From Candidatus Omnitrophota bacterium (GTDB taxonomy: Bacteria; Omnitrophota; Gorgyraeia; Tantalellales; Tantalellaceae), in NCBI GenBank assembly GCA_043819235.1, contig JBDRFA010000124.1, forward strand, positions 1 to 38,369: a stretch of DNA of 38,369 nucleotides, in the 5' to 3' direction. Of the stretch, positions 8,136 through 17,736 are shown in pieces; position 1 is the first letter of the stretch, and the number at the start of each line of letters is the position of its first letter. The notes under the pieces were generated by a model, which saw nothing but the letters and a program-made list of their open reading frames with translations, did no database searches and was not told the DNA's origin. The position numbers and the translations under genes are program-made.

Positions 8136-8327
8136 CCGCCAAAGGATGGCATATGCCCATATGGACTATTAGCAGATCTCAGGATCTTTTATGACTTTTG
8201 AGGGAAAAAGTGTAAAAGACTGTCTGAGCCCGCGAAACGGGCGAGTTTCTTTTACACCCCTCGAAAGTCAGAAAAGATCCGTTAAGAGGTCTGCGTGTCC
8301 ATATGGGCATATGCCATCCTTTGGCGG
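8136..8327. repeat. 192-bp palindromic element with perfect 31-bp terminal inverted repeats (MITE-like or long-hairpin RNA)
   Basis: ccgccaaaggatggcatatgcccatatggac (8136-8166) is the exact reverse complement of 8297-8327. The interior is also largely self-complementary (gcagaYctc, ggatcttttNtgactttYgaggg, tgtaaaaga), with the apex hairpin GCCCG-CGAAA-CGGGC. Confidence 0.85.
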
Positions 8328-8337
8328 GTGTTCCCTT

Positions 8338-8355
8338 CACTATTCACGACATCAC
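8338..8355 (-). repeat. degenerate GTGAATN heptads at the valS stop
   Basis: cactatt, cacgac, atcac overlap the valS stop codon (8352-8354). This is a short, weak copy. Confidence 0.35.
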
Positions 8356-11069
8356 TCCAGCGCCGCCAGGTTATCTTCAAGCGTTTTGAGTTGTTCCGTG
8401 AATTTCTGTTTTTTTTCTTTCTCTTTGGCGACGACGTCTTCCGGCGCGTTGTCCACGAACGCCCTGTTAGCGAGTTTCTTTTCTATGCCGCCGAGATAAG
8501 CGCGTATATCAATGACCTTTTTTTCGATACGGGCCTTCTCTTTATCCACGTCTATCGTCCCGCCGAGCGGCACGAACACTTTTATCGTCCCCGCGAGAGA
8601 AGCGACGGACTGCGCGGGCCTCCGGACGTTCCCGCCCGACGCCGTGACCCTGCAGCGGGCCATCTGTTCGATATAATGGGCGTTCTCTTTAAGTAAAACC
8701 GCGTCCTCCGGAGCCGCCGTGTTAAGAAGGGCCTCTATTCTATCCGCCGGCGATATGTTCCAGAAAGCCTTGACGTTCCTGATAACCGCGATAACGCTGA
8801 TAAGTTTTTCCATGTCCGCCGCCGCTTTTTCATCATCGTACCTCTTCTCCGCGCACGGCCAGGAAGACAACATCAGCCATTTTACGTTCTTTTCACCGCT
8901 TCCGGCCGTCCCCGGATCATCCGGTATTTTCTGCCATATCTCTTCCGTTATGAACGGCATGAAGGGATGCAAAAGCCCGAGGATATCCTTAAGTACCTTC
9001 ACCAGTATCTTCCGCGTAGTTTCCCTGCTGGCGGAAAGTTTGGAACATTCCAGGTACCAGTCGCAGTATTTGTGCCATATAAAATCATACAACGCGGACG
9101 TCGCGTCGTTGAACCTGTACATGCCGAGGCTTTCCGTGACCTTCTCTTTCGCCCTGTTCAAACTGTCGAGTATCCAGCTGTCCGCCAGGCTGGCACGGGA
9201 CATGTCGATATCTCCCGATATGTCCGCCCCGTCGATATTCATCAGCACGTACCGGGAGGCGTTCCACAGCTTGTTCGCGAAATTCCGTCCCAGCTCGAAT
9301 TTCTCCCTGGACAGGAACACGTCCTGGCCCTGTGACGTGATGGATATCACGCTGAAACGTAAAGCGTCGCTGCCCACCTCGTCTATGACGTCGATAGGGT
9401 CTATGACATTGCCCAGGGATTTGGACATTTTTGTCCCCGTGACGTCACGGACCGTCCCGTGGATATACACGTCGCTGAACGGTATTTTCCCCATGAACTT
9501 GATCCCCGACATGATCATCCTGGCGACCCAGAAAAAGATGATCTCGGGCGCCGTGACCAGCACATCGGTCGGATAGAACTTTTTGAGTTCCGGCGTATTA
9601 TCCGGCCAACCCAGGGTGGAAAAGGGCCACAGCCAGGAACTGAACCACGTGTCGAGGACGTCGGGGTCCTGTTCGAGATCACCGCTCCCGCATGAGGCGC
9701 ATTTTTTGCCGGCCTCCGTGCCGGAGTAAATACCGGGGATACCCGGTTTATCGACGGCCACGTCCCGCACGTTATCATATTTCAGGCAATCTTTACAGTA
9801 CCAGACGGGTATACGGTGCCCCCACCATATCTGGCGCGAAACGCACCAGTCCCTTATGTTCTCCATCCAGTTAAGATATACTTTGGTCCACCGTTCCGGG
9901 TAGAATTTTATCCTGCCGCCGGTAACCGCTTCTATAGCTTCCTTCGCGAGAGGTTTCATCCGCACAAACCACTGTTTTGAAAGACGCGGCTCCACGACAG
10001 TATGGCAGCGGTAACAGTGCCCGACGGAATGCGCGTGCTTTTCCGTCCTGACGAAAAGCTTCCTTTCTTTCAGGTCCTCTATTATCGCTTCCCGGCACTC
10101 GAACCGGTCCATACCCTCATAATCCCCGCACAATTCGTTCATCGTACCGTCGGGGCGCATGACGTTTATCCTTTCAAGGCCGTGCCTCTGGCCGAGTTCG
10201 AAATCGACGGGATCATGCGCGGGGGTGACTTTGAGAGCCCCCGTGCCGAACGACGGGTCGACAGTATCGTCCTTTATCAGCGCCAGTTCCCTTTTGAGTA
10301 TGGGCAGGATGAACTTCTTTCCGCAAAGGCCGGAATACCGGGGGTCTTTCGGGTTGACCGCGACGGCCACATCCCCGAGCATCGTCTCCGGACGGGTAGT
10401 AGCCACGACGACATAGTCCTCGTTCTCCTTTTCCGGTTTTTCCCTGCCGGCCACCGGGTATTTTATGTAGTACAGCATGCCGTCCACATCACGGTGTTCG
10501 GCTTCCTCATCGCTGAGAGCGGTACCGCACCGCGGGCACCAGTTTATGATGTAGTCCCCTTTATAAAGCAGGCCCTCATCATATAACCGGACGAAAACCT
10601 CTCTAACGGCGTTCGAAAGCCCCTCATCCATCGTGAACCGCGTACGGTCCCAGTCACATGAACACCCCAGCCGCTTAAGCTGCCGGATTATCGTGCTCCC
10701 GCTCTCTTCCTTCCACTGCCATACCTTTTCAAGGAATTTCTCCCTGCCCAGGTCCGCCCTTTTAAGCCCCTCTTTGGCTATTTCCCTTTCCACGACGTTC
10801 TGCGTAGCTATGCCCGCGTGGTCGGTACCCGGCATCCATAACACGTTAAAGCCCTGCATGCGTTTCCACCGTATAAGTATGTCCTGGAGGGTATTATTGA
10901 GGGCGTGCCCCATATGGAGGATGCCCGTCACGTTGGGAGGAGGGATCACGATGCAATAAGGCTTTTTCCCGCTCTTTTCATCCGCGTGAAAAAGCCTTTC
11001 GCGGGACCACGCGCTATAGATCCCCGCTTCTATCGTTTTTGGGTCATATCTGGTAGGTATTCCTGTCAT
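8352..11069 (-). CDS. valS: valine--tRNA ligase
   Basis: HMGH (HIGH-type) and KMSKS motifs, a CP1 editing region and a C-terminal coiled coil. 905 aa. Confidence 0.97.
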   Translation of the reverse strand: MTGIPTRYDPKTIEAGIYSAWSRERLFHADEKSGKKPYCIVIPPPNVTGILHMGHALNNTLQDILIRWKRMQGFNVLWMPGTDHAGIATQNVVEREIAKEGLKRADLGREKFLEKVWQWKEESGSTIIRQLKRLGCSCDWDRTRFTMDEGLSNAVREVFVRLYDEGLLYKGDYIINWCPRCGTALSDEEAEHRDVDGMLYYIKYPVAGREKPEKENEDYVVVATTRPETMLGDVAVAVNPKDPRYSGLCGKKFILPILKRELALIKDDTVDPSFGTGALKVTPAHDPVDFELGQRHGLERINVMRPDGTMNELCGDYEGMDRFECREAIIEDLKERKLFVRTEKHAHSVGHCYRCHTVVEPRLSKQWFVRMKPLAKEAIEAVTGGRIKFYPERWTKVYLNWMENIRDWCVSRQIWWGHRIPVWYCKDCLKYDNVRDVAVDKPGIPGIYSGTEAGKKCASCGSGDLEQDPDVLDTWFSSWLWPFSTLGWPDNTPELKKFYPTDVLVTAPEIIFFWVARMIMSGIKFMGKIPFSDVYIHGTVRDVTGTKMSKSLGNVIDPIDVIDEVGSDALRFSVISITSQGQDVFLSREKFELGRNFANKLWNASRYVLMNIDGADISGDIDMSRASLADSWILDSLNRAKEKVTESLGMYRFNDATSALYDFIWHKYCDWYLECSKLSASRETTRKILVKVLKDILGLLHPFMPFITEEIWQKIPDDPGTAGSGEKNVKWLMLSSWPCAEKRYDDEKAAADMEKLISVIAVIRNVKAFWNISPADRIEALLNTAAPEDAVLLKENAHYIEQMARCRVTASGGNVRRPAQSVASLAGTIKVFVPLGGTIDVDKEKARIEKKVIDIRAYLGGIEKKLANRAFVDNAPEDVVAKEKEKKQKFTEQLKTLEDNLAALE

Positions 11070-11090
11070 TCCCGCTTCTTCCCGCGCCGG

Positions 11091-12686
11091 TCACTTCTTT
11101 TTGCGGCGGTCTTCATCTTTCATGAATTTGTATTCTATCGAATCTTTGAGGGCCATCCAGCTCGCTTCGATGATATTTTCCGAAACACCCACGGTCCACC
11201 ATGAATCGGTCTTATCCTGGGACTGGATAAGGACCCGGACCTTCGCCGCGGTAGCCGATTTTTCATCAAGGACCCGGACCCTGAAATCCGAAAGATGCAT
11301 TTCGTTCAGGGACGGGAAAAACTCGACAAGCGATTTCCGGACAGCCTGGTCCAGGGCATGGACAGGCCCGTCCCCGAGAGAAACGGTATGCCGCCGGTCC
11401 TTGCCGACCCTGAGCTTGACCGTGGCCTCGGAGATGATCGGGGCGCTGTTATCTTTCCTCTTCTCCACGATGACCCTGAAATCCTCCACCTCAAAATGCT
11501 CCCTGAAAGTTTTGGACGCCCGCCTCATCAAAAGGGCAAGGGAAGCCTCCGCCAGTTCATACTGGTACCCCTCTTTTTCCAGGTCCTGGACATGCTCCAA
11601 TATCCGTTTGGCGCTGTCCGAAGCCTTTTCGATCTCTATCCCCATCTCCACGGCTTTCCCCGCGATACTGGACTTTCCGGAAAGTTCCGATATGAGCATC
11701 CTGCGTTTATTTCCCACCTTCTCGGGTTCGATATGCTCGTACGTCCTGGAATTCTTCAGGATAGCGTTCACATGCACCCCTGCCTTATGCGCGAACGCGC
11801 TTTTGCCCACGTACGGCTGGTAATCCTGCTGTTTGACGTTGGAGATCTCGGCTATATACCTGGACGCTTCGGTAAGTTCCTTGAATTCGAAATCGGAAAG
11901 GCAATCCAGCCCCAGCTTATATTTCAACGTCGGCAGGATCGACACGAGGTTGGCGTTCCCGCATCTCTCCCCGTAACCGTTGAACGTCCCCTGCACATGC
12001 GTACAGCCTGCCTGTATGGCCGCCACGGAATTGGCGACCGCCATATCGGCGTCATTATGCACGTGTATCCCCAGCGGGACCTTGAATTTCCCGATCACTT
12101 CCTCGACTATCTCAAAAACGCCGCTGGTGAGAGTGCCGCCGTTCGTATCGCAGAGCACCAGTACCTCGGCCCCGCCGTTTACGGCCGCCTGCAGGGTTTC
12201 CATGGCATAACCCGGATTATCTTTATACCCGTCAAAAAAATGCTCGGCGTCGAAGATAACACGCCGGTCCTTTTTCCTGAGGTACCCCACCGACTCCTCT
12301 ATCATCTTGAGGTTCTCGGCAAGCGTGGTCCTGAAAACCTCTTTGACATGCAGGTCCCAGCTTTTACCGAAGATGGTCAGGTACCTGGTTTCGGCTTTCA
12401 ACAGCCCTTTTATCACGGGGTCGGAAGACGTCCTGGAATCCGCGCGGCGCGTACTGCCGAAAGCCGTCAACCGGGACTTTTTCAATTTAAGCCCTTTCCG
12501 GGCTTCCATGAAAAATTCGTCGTCCTTCGGGTTGGACCCCGGCCATCCGCCTTCTATGAAATCCACGCCGAGCTCATCAAGTTTCTGCGCGATACGTATC
12601 TTATCCTTTACGGTAAAAGATATGCCCTCGGACTGGGCGCCGTCCCGGAGTGTCGTATCATAGATAAATATTTTCTTCGCGTTCAT
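11091..12686 (-). CDS. cimA: (R)-citramalate synthase (LeuA/CimA family)
   Basis: IYDTTLRDGAQSEGISFTVKDK and IEGGWPGSNPKDDEFF are typical of the citramalate-synthase branch. About 530 aa with a C-terminal LeuA-dimer-type regulatory domain. Confidence 0.75.
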   Translation of the reverse strand: MNAKKIFIYDTTLRDGAQSEGISFTVKDKIRIAQKLDELGVDFIEGGWPGSNPKDDEFFMEARKGLKLKKSRLTAFGSTRRADSRTSSDPVIKGLLKAETRYLTIFGKSWDLHVKEVFRTTLAENLKMIEESVGYLRKKDRRVIFDAEHFFDGYKDNPGYAMETLQAAVNGGAEVLVLCDTNGGTLTSGVFEIVEEVIGKFKVPLGIHVHNDADMAVANSVAAIQAGCTHVQGTFNGYGERCGNANLVSILPTLKYKLGLDCLSDFEFKELTEASRYIAEISNVKQQDYQPYVGKSAFAHKAGVHVNAILKNSRTYEHIEPEKVGNKRRMLISELSGKSSIAGKAVEMGIEIEKASDSAKRILEHVQDLEKEGYQYELAEASLALLMRRASKTFREHFEVEDFRVIVEKRKDNSAPIISEATVKLRVGKDRRHTVSLGDGPVHALDQAVRKSLVEFFPSLNEMHLSDFRVRVLDEKSATAAKVRVLIQSQDKTDSWWTVGVSENIIEASWMALKDSIEYKFMKDEDRRKKK

Positions 12687-12707
12687 GGCTGCCTCTCCCC
12701 TTATCTT

Positions 12708-13952
12708 TTATTTTTTGGATCCCTTTTTCCCTCCAAGCTCAAAGGCCTTATGAAGCGCTCTAACGGCCTTGTCCGCGTATTTCCTGTTCACGACGCAGGA
12801 TATCTTGATCTCGCTCGTCGATATCATCTCTATGTTCACCTTTTGTAAAGCGAGAACTCTGAACATCTTCGCCGCCACACCCGAATGGCTCCGCATTCCT
12901 ATCCCCACTACCGATACCTTCGCGACATTGTCGTCATATTTCGCGCCCTTGGCCCCGATCTTCTTTATGACCTTCTCGACGACATCCTGCGTTTTTTTAA
13001 GGTCCTTCTTTTCCACGGTAAAAGAGATATCCGTGGACCCCGTCCGGGACACGTTCTGGATTATCATGTCGACATTGATATCGGCCTTTGCCAGCCTTTC
13101 AAAAAGCCTGCTGGCCTCACCCGGTTTATCCGGAACATCGCACACGGTGACCTTTGCCTCGTCCTTATTCGCGGTAATGCCGCGTACCAATACATCCTCC
13201 ATCGCTTCGACCTCCTTGATCACCAAAGTCCCCTTTTCATCGGAAAAACTGGACCTGACATGCACAGGAACGTTAAATTTACCCGCGACCTCCATGCTCC
13301 TGGCCTGCATGACCTGCGCGCCGAGTGACGCCATTTCCAGCATCTCCTCATAACTGATACTTTCAAGCTTCCGGGCGTCCGGCACGATCCTGGGATCCGC
13401 CGTATACACGCCTTTGACATCGGTATATATCTCGCACATTCCCGCCTTCAGTACTTTGGCCAGCGCCACCGCGGTCATGTCGGACCCGCCCCTGCCGAGC
13501 GTCGTTATTTCCTGTTCAGGGTTGACCCCCTGGAAACCGGCAACGATAACGATCTTCCCGGAGTTCAGATGCTTTAAGATCTTACCGGTGTTGACATTGA
13601 CTATTTTCGCTTTAGTATAGGAAGAATCGGTCCTGATGCCCGCCTGAAAACCGGTAAAAGATATCGCCTCATACCCCAGTTCATGCAGGGCCATGGCAAG
13701 AAGAGCGACCGAAACCTGCTCGCCGGTCGCCAGGAGCATATCCAGTTCCCTTTCCGGAGGGTTCCGGCTTATCTGTCCGGCAAGTTCCAAAAGTTCGTCC
13801 GTAGTATCCCCCAGGGCCGAAACCACCACCACCACATCGTTCCCTTTAGTTTTACAGGCGGCGACTTTCCGGGCGACGCCCATTATCCTCTCCGGGTTAG
13901 CCATACTGCTGCCGCCGTACTTCTGCACTATAATATTCTTGCCCTTCTTCAT
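12708..13952 (-). CDS. lysC: aspartate kinase
   Basis: VQKYGGSS N-terminal motif, an amino-acid kinase fold and two C-terminal ACT-like repeats. Confidence 0.92.
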   Translation of the reverse strand: MKKGKNIIVQKYGGSSMANPERIMGVARKVAACKTKGNDVVVVVSALGDTTDELLELAGQISRNPPERELDMLLATGEQVSVALLAMALHELGYEAISFTGFQAGIRTDSSYTKAKIVNVNTGKILKHLNSGKIVIVAGFQGVNPEQEITTLGRGGSDMTAVALAKVLKAGMCEIYTDVKGVYTADPRIVPDARKLESISYEEMLEMASLGAQVMQARSMEVAGKFNVPVHVRSSFSDEKGTLVIKEVEAMEDVLVRGITANKDEAKVTVCDVPDKPGEASRLFERLAKADINVDMIIQNVSRTGSTDISFTVEKKDLKKTQDVVEKVIKKIGAKGAKYDDNVAKVSVVGIGMRSHSGVAAKMFRVLALQKVNIEMISTSEIKISCVVNRKYADKAVRALHKAFELGGKKGSKK

Positions 13953-15157
13953 GACTTTTTCCCTTTCAGCAGCATCTTCATAAGGTCCGAACCTTTGTCC
14001 AGTGAAACGCTTCCCGCCCTAGCCGATTTCTCCGTAAAGACCGTCACGTCATCGGGCATGATGCCCTCCCCGGCGATGGCGAACGGGACAGGATCGGCCG
14101 TGTGGGTCCTTTTACAGATCGGCGTGGGATGGTCCGGAAGGATCAATACCCTGTAGGCGATGTTCCTCCCGGAAAGCTCTTTCGTTATTTTCCCCGTGAT
14201 CTTACTGTCAAAGTTCTCAATAGCTTTTACTTTCGCCGTGATATCCCCATTATGCCCCGCTTCATCGGGGGCTTCCACATGGACGAATACCATATCGCGC
14301 CTTTCCAGTATTTCCAGGGCCGCGCGCGCCTTGCCTTCATAGTTCGTATCGTAATACCCGGTAGCCCCCGGCACATCCGCCACTTCAAGGCCCAGGACGC
14401 GCCCCATCCCTTTCAAAAGGTCCACGGCGGATATGATACCGCCCGAGATACCGTACGCGTCCTTGAATAGCGGCATATCGGGCAATCTGCCCTGGCCCCA
14501 GAACCATATCATATTCGCGGGGTTCTGCCCCAGATCGATCCTGACCTTGTTGATATCGTGGTGGGCCAGCAGTTCTTTCGACCTTTCCATCAGGTCCACC
14601 AGTTCAGGGGCCTTCGGTAAATGTTTCGCATAGGGCTTATCCGTTATATCATGCGGCGGATAACATTTCACCCCTGACAGCGTTTCCGCTTCTTTGGCGG
14701 AATCGCACCGCACGACGCATAGATTACGGTAACTTGTACCGGTATAAAAGCTGAATTTCCTGCTCCCCAGCTCCCTGTTAAGCAGATCGACCAGTACGGA
14801 AGTTTCCCCGGTCGCAATATGGCCGGCGCTGTAATCCACCATTTTACCGTCCGAGACCGTGACCATATTGAACCTGAAAGCGATGTCGTTCTCTTCGAGT
14901 TCCACTCCCAGGTTCGCCGCTTCCAGCGGACCGCGCCCGCAATAATACTTTACCGGGTCATACCCGAGTATCGACAGGTTTGCCACGTCACTGGCGGGAG
15001 TCATGCCTTTAGGCACGTTCCTGGCCTGTCCGACTATGCCCCGCCTGGCGATCGCGTGCATATTCGGGGCGTTCGCCGCTTCCATGCATGTACGGTCACC
15101 CAGTTCTTCCAAAGGCAGGTCTGCCATACCGTCCGGTACAAGTATAACGTACTTCAT
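13949..15157 (-). CDS. ApgM-type cofactor-independent phosphoglycerate mutase family protein (possible non-canonical homoserine kinase)
   Basis: MKYVILVPDGMADLP N-terminus and HVEAPDEAGH metal-site motif of the alkaline-phosphatase-superfamily ApgM group. It is embedded between thrC and lysC, with an ATGA overlap to lysC. Confidence 0.8.
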   Translation of the reverse strand: MKYVILVPDGMADLPLEELGDRTCMEAANAPNMHAIARRGIVGQARNVPKGMTPASDVANLSILGYDPVKYYCGRGPLEAANLGVELEENDIAFRFNMVTVSDGKMVDYSAGHIATGETSVLVDLLNRELGSRKFSFYTGTSYRNLCVVRCDSAKEAETLSGVKCYPPHDITDKPYAKHLPKAPELVDLMERSKELLAHHDINKVRIDLGQNPANMIWFWGQGRLPDMPLFKDAYGISGGIISAVDLLKGMGRVLGLEVADVPGATGYYDTNYEGKARAALEILERRDMVFVHVEAPDEAGHNGDITAKVKAIENFDSKITGKITKELSGRNIAYRVLILPDHPTPICKRTHTADPVPFAIAGEGIMPDDVTVFTEKSARAGSVSLDKGSDLMKMLLKGKKS

Positions 15158-15170
15158 GATCCTCCTGTTC

Positions 15171-16238
15171 TTATAATAATCCCGCCGCCCTTACAATATT
15201 CTCAAGCGCCGGTTCCACCACCACCGGATACTCAAGGCATTTTATGGCGCGGTCAGGGTCCTTAAGCCCATGGCCCGTCAGAACGCAAACTATATCTTTT
15301 TTCCCGGACGCGGGGTCCACCGGCGGGAAATACCCTTCTTTCGACTTCTTCAGGATACCCGCCACACTTGCCGCCGACGCGGGTTCGGCAAACACGCCGA
15401 CTTCGCCCGCGAGCAGGCGATATGCCTCTATGATCTCGTCATCCGTCACTTTATCAATTAGCCCGCCTGAGGAGTCCCGCGCTTCTTCCGCCTGTTTCCA
15501 GCTCGCCGGGTTCCCTATCTTTATGGCGGTCGCCAGCGTCTTCGGGTCCTTTATAACGCGTTTCTCGACAATAGGCGCCGCGCCGGCAGCCTGGAAACCC
15601 AGCATCCTGGGAAGAGCGTCTATTTTCCCTTTCTCCTTATATTCCCTGTACCCCTTCCAGTAAGCCGTAATGTTCCCCGCGTTCCCCACGGGTAACGCGT
15701 GATAACACGGCGCGTGCCCTAAACGGTCGCATATCTCGAAAGACGCGGTCTTCTGCCCCTCTATCCTGTAAGGGTTTATGGAATTCACAAGAGTTATCGG
15801 GTATTTTTCCGTCAGTTCCTTCACTATTTCAAGGGCCTGGTCAAAATTCCCTTTTATCGCTATGACACTGGCGCCATGAATAAGCGCCTGCGCCAGCTTA
15901 CCAAGCGCTATGGCGCCCTCGGGAATAACAACTATACACTTTATCCTCGCACGCGCCGCGTACGCGGCGGCGGAAGCCGAAGTGTTCCCCGTAGACGCGC
16001 AGGCCACGGCCTTCGAGCCCTCTTCCACGGCCTTCGAGACCGCCATGGTCATGCCTCTATCCTTAAAACTGCCGGTCGGGTTAAGCCCTTCATACTTGAG
16101 CCACACGTTGTATCCGGGCCCGATCCTTTCCGCTATCGTGTCAGCCTTTATAAGCGGCGTATCCCCTTCTTCCAGGCTTATGACCGGCGTCCTCGCGGTC
16201 ACCGGAAGATATTCCCTGTACTTTTCTATGATACCCAT
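15171..16238 (-). CDS. thrC: threonine synthase
   Basis: PLP-lysine motif [10 protein letters not shown] and [12 protein letters not shown]. 355 aa. Confidence 0.93.
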   Translation of the reverse strand: MGIIEKYREYLPVTARTPVISLEEGDTPLIKADTIAERIGPGYNVWLKYEGLNPTGSFKDRGMTMAVSKAVEEGSKAVACASTGNTSASAAAYAARARIKCIVVIPEGAIALGKLAQALIHGASVIAIKGNFDQALEIVKELTEKYPITLVNSINPYRIEGQKTASFEICDRLGHAPCYHALPVGNAGNITAYWKGYREYKEKGKIDALPRMLGFQAAGAAPIVEKRVIKDPKTLATAIKIGNPASWKQAEEARDSSGGLIDKVTDDEIIEAYRLLAGEVGVFAEPASAASVAGILKKSKEGYFPPVDPASGKKDIVCVLTGHGLKDPDRAIKCLEYPVVVEPALENIVRAAGLL

Positions 16239-16251
16239 TCGTCACCCTCTC

Positions 16252-16286
16252 TCGATCCACGATTCACCATTCACGATCCACGCCCC
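16252..16286 (-). repeat. 7-nt tandem array, GTGAATN family
   Basis: Heptads ctcgatc, cacgatt, caccatt, cacgatc, cacgccc lie between the hom stop (16292) and the thrC start (16238). Confidence 0.75.
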
Positions 16287-16291
16287 CCCGA

Positions 16292-17593
16292 CTACTCTTC
16301 GATCCTGACCACTACCGTCTTGTCCGAAACGTACTCCAGGGTATCGATCTTTCCGATAGCTTCCCTCATGCTGCCTTCCCTGGCCTTATGCGTTATTATC
16401 ACGACGGGCACCTTTTCGCCCTTTTTCCTCTCTTCCTGTGAAACACTGGCGATGCTTATGTTGTTCTCCGCGAGAATGGAAGATATCCCCGCCAGAACAC
16501 CCGGGTTATCGATGACTGAAAACCTCAGGTAATAAGATATCCTCAGTTCTTCCATACGGTTTATCTGTTTATCTTCGGGGGCGTAATGCATCCTGCACGG
16601 TAAAGTATTTTCATCGCCGACGAACGCGATATGTTTTCCTATACCGACGATATCCCCCAGCACCGCGCTTGAAGTGGGCTTCCTGCCGGCGCCTTTACCG
16701 AAAAGAAGCGACTCCCCTATAAGATCCCCTTTGATATAAACCGCGTTATCCTCCCCTCTCACGTCCGAAAGGAGATGCGACGACCGGAGCAGCGTGGGGT
16801 GCACACGCAGCTGGAGCCCGTAAGGCGTGTCCTTCGCTATGGCTAGAAGCTTCAGGCTGTAACCCATCTTTGCGGCGTTCTTGAGATCCTCGGGGCCTAT
16901 ATTCGCGATACCTTCGGTATAAATATCGTCGGGCGATATATCCATCCCGAAACTGATCCTGGAAAGTATGGCCAGTTTGTGCGCGCTGTCCTTACCGCTT
17001 ATGTCGAGCTCGGGGTCCTTCTCGGCTATACCTTTCTCCTGGGCCACTTTCAACGCGTCGCTGAAAGAACGTCCGTTCTCCGACATCCGGGTCAATATGA
17101 AATTAGTGGTGCCGTTCAGGATACCATAGACGGTATTGATGTTATCGGCGACAAAACTTTCGCGCAAGGTCCGGATAACGGGGATAGCGCCGCCCACGCT
17201 GGCCTCGAAGTTCACAAAGACCTCGTTCTCTGAGGCAACCGTGAATATCTCCTTCCAGCACTTCGAAAGGAGCGCTTTATTCGCCGTGACAACATGTTTT
17301 TTGTTCCGCAAAGCGTTAAGCACTACGTCTTTAGCGGCTGTCACTCCGCCGATCAGCTCGACGATTATATCTATATCTTTGTTCCCGATCAGGTCGTCGG
17401 CACATGCTGTCTTCAGTACCTCTTCCCCCGCGCCGACGCTTTCCAGCGCTTTCTTATCTTTGTCGCATACGCCTTTTATCACCAGCGAAAGCCCTGTCCG
17501 CCGCGAGATCAAGTCCCCGTTACTGACGACCGCGTCATACACACCTTTGCCGATGGTGCCGAGACCGACCAATCCTATGTTAACCGTTCTCAT
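16292..17593 (-). CDS. hom: homoserine dehydrogenase with C-terminal ACT domain
   Basis: VGLVGLGTIGKGV NAD-binding motif, a conserved catalytic domain and a C-terminal ACT-like region. AAGGAG RBS upstream. Confidence 0.92.
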   Translation of the reverse strand: MRTVNIGLVGLGTIGKGVYDAVVSNGDLISRRTGLSLVIKGVCDKDKKALESVGAGEEVLKTACADDLIGNKDIDIIVELIGGVTAAKDVVLNALRNKKHVVTANKALLSKCWKEIFTVASENEVFVNFEASVGGAIPVIRTLRESFVADNINTVYGILNGTTNFILTRMSENGRSFSDALKVAQEKGIAEKDPELDISGKDSAHKLAILSRISFGMDISPDDIYTEGIANIGPEDLKNAAKMGYSLKLLAIAKDTPYGLQLRVHPTLLRSSHLLSDVRGEDNAVYIKGDLIGESLLFGKGAGRKPTSSAVLGDIVGIGKHIAFVGDENTLPCRMHYAPEDKQINRMEELRISYYLRFSVIDNPGVLAGISSILAENNISIASVSQEERKKGEKVPVVIITHKAREGSMREAIGKIDTLEYVSDKTVVVRIEE

Positions 17594-17606
17594 GTCCGCT
17601 CCTTAC

Positions 17607-17623
17607 AAGTTAGATCCCTCGAC
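17607..17623 (-). repeat. start-proximal box element, short form (upstream of hom)
   Basis: aagttagatccctcgac, 13 nt from the hom ATG, with the AAGGAG RBS in between. Confidence 0.75.
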
Positions 17624-17654
17624 CCATGCGACTTGACCCTTGCCCCTGAAAAAT

Positions 17655-17730
17655 TGGTCGGGACGGCCGGACTCGAACCGGCGGCCACTTGTCCCCCAGA
17701 CAAGTACGCTACCAACTGCGCCACGTCCCG
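17655..17730 (-). tRNA. tRNA-Pro (anticodon GGG), CCA encoded
   Basis: The minus-strand read is CGGGACG-TG-GCGC-AGTTGGTA-GCGT-A-CTTGT-CTGGGGG-ACAAG-TGGCC-GCCGG-TTCGAGT-CCGGC-CGTCCCG-A-CCA. This gives a 7-bp acceptor stem, a 5-bp anticodon stem, a loop CT-GGG-GG with G37, and a canonical T-arm. 76 nt. Confidence 0.9.
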
Positions 17731-17736
17731 ACTGTT

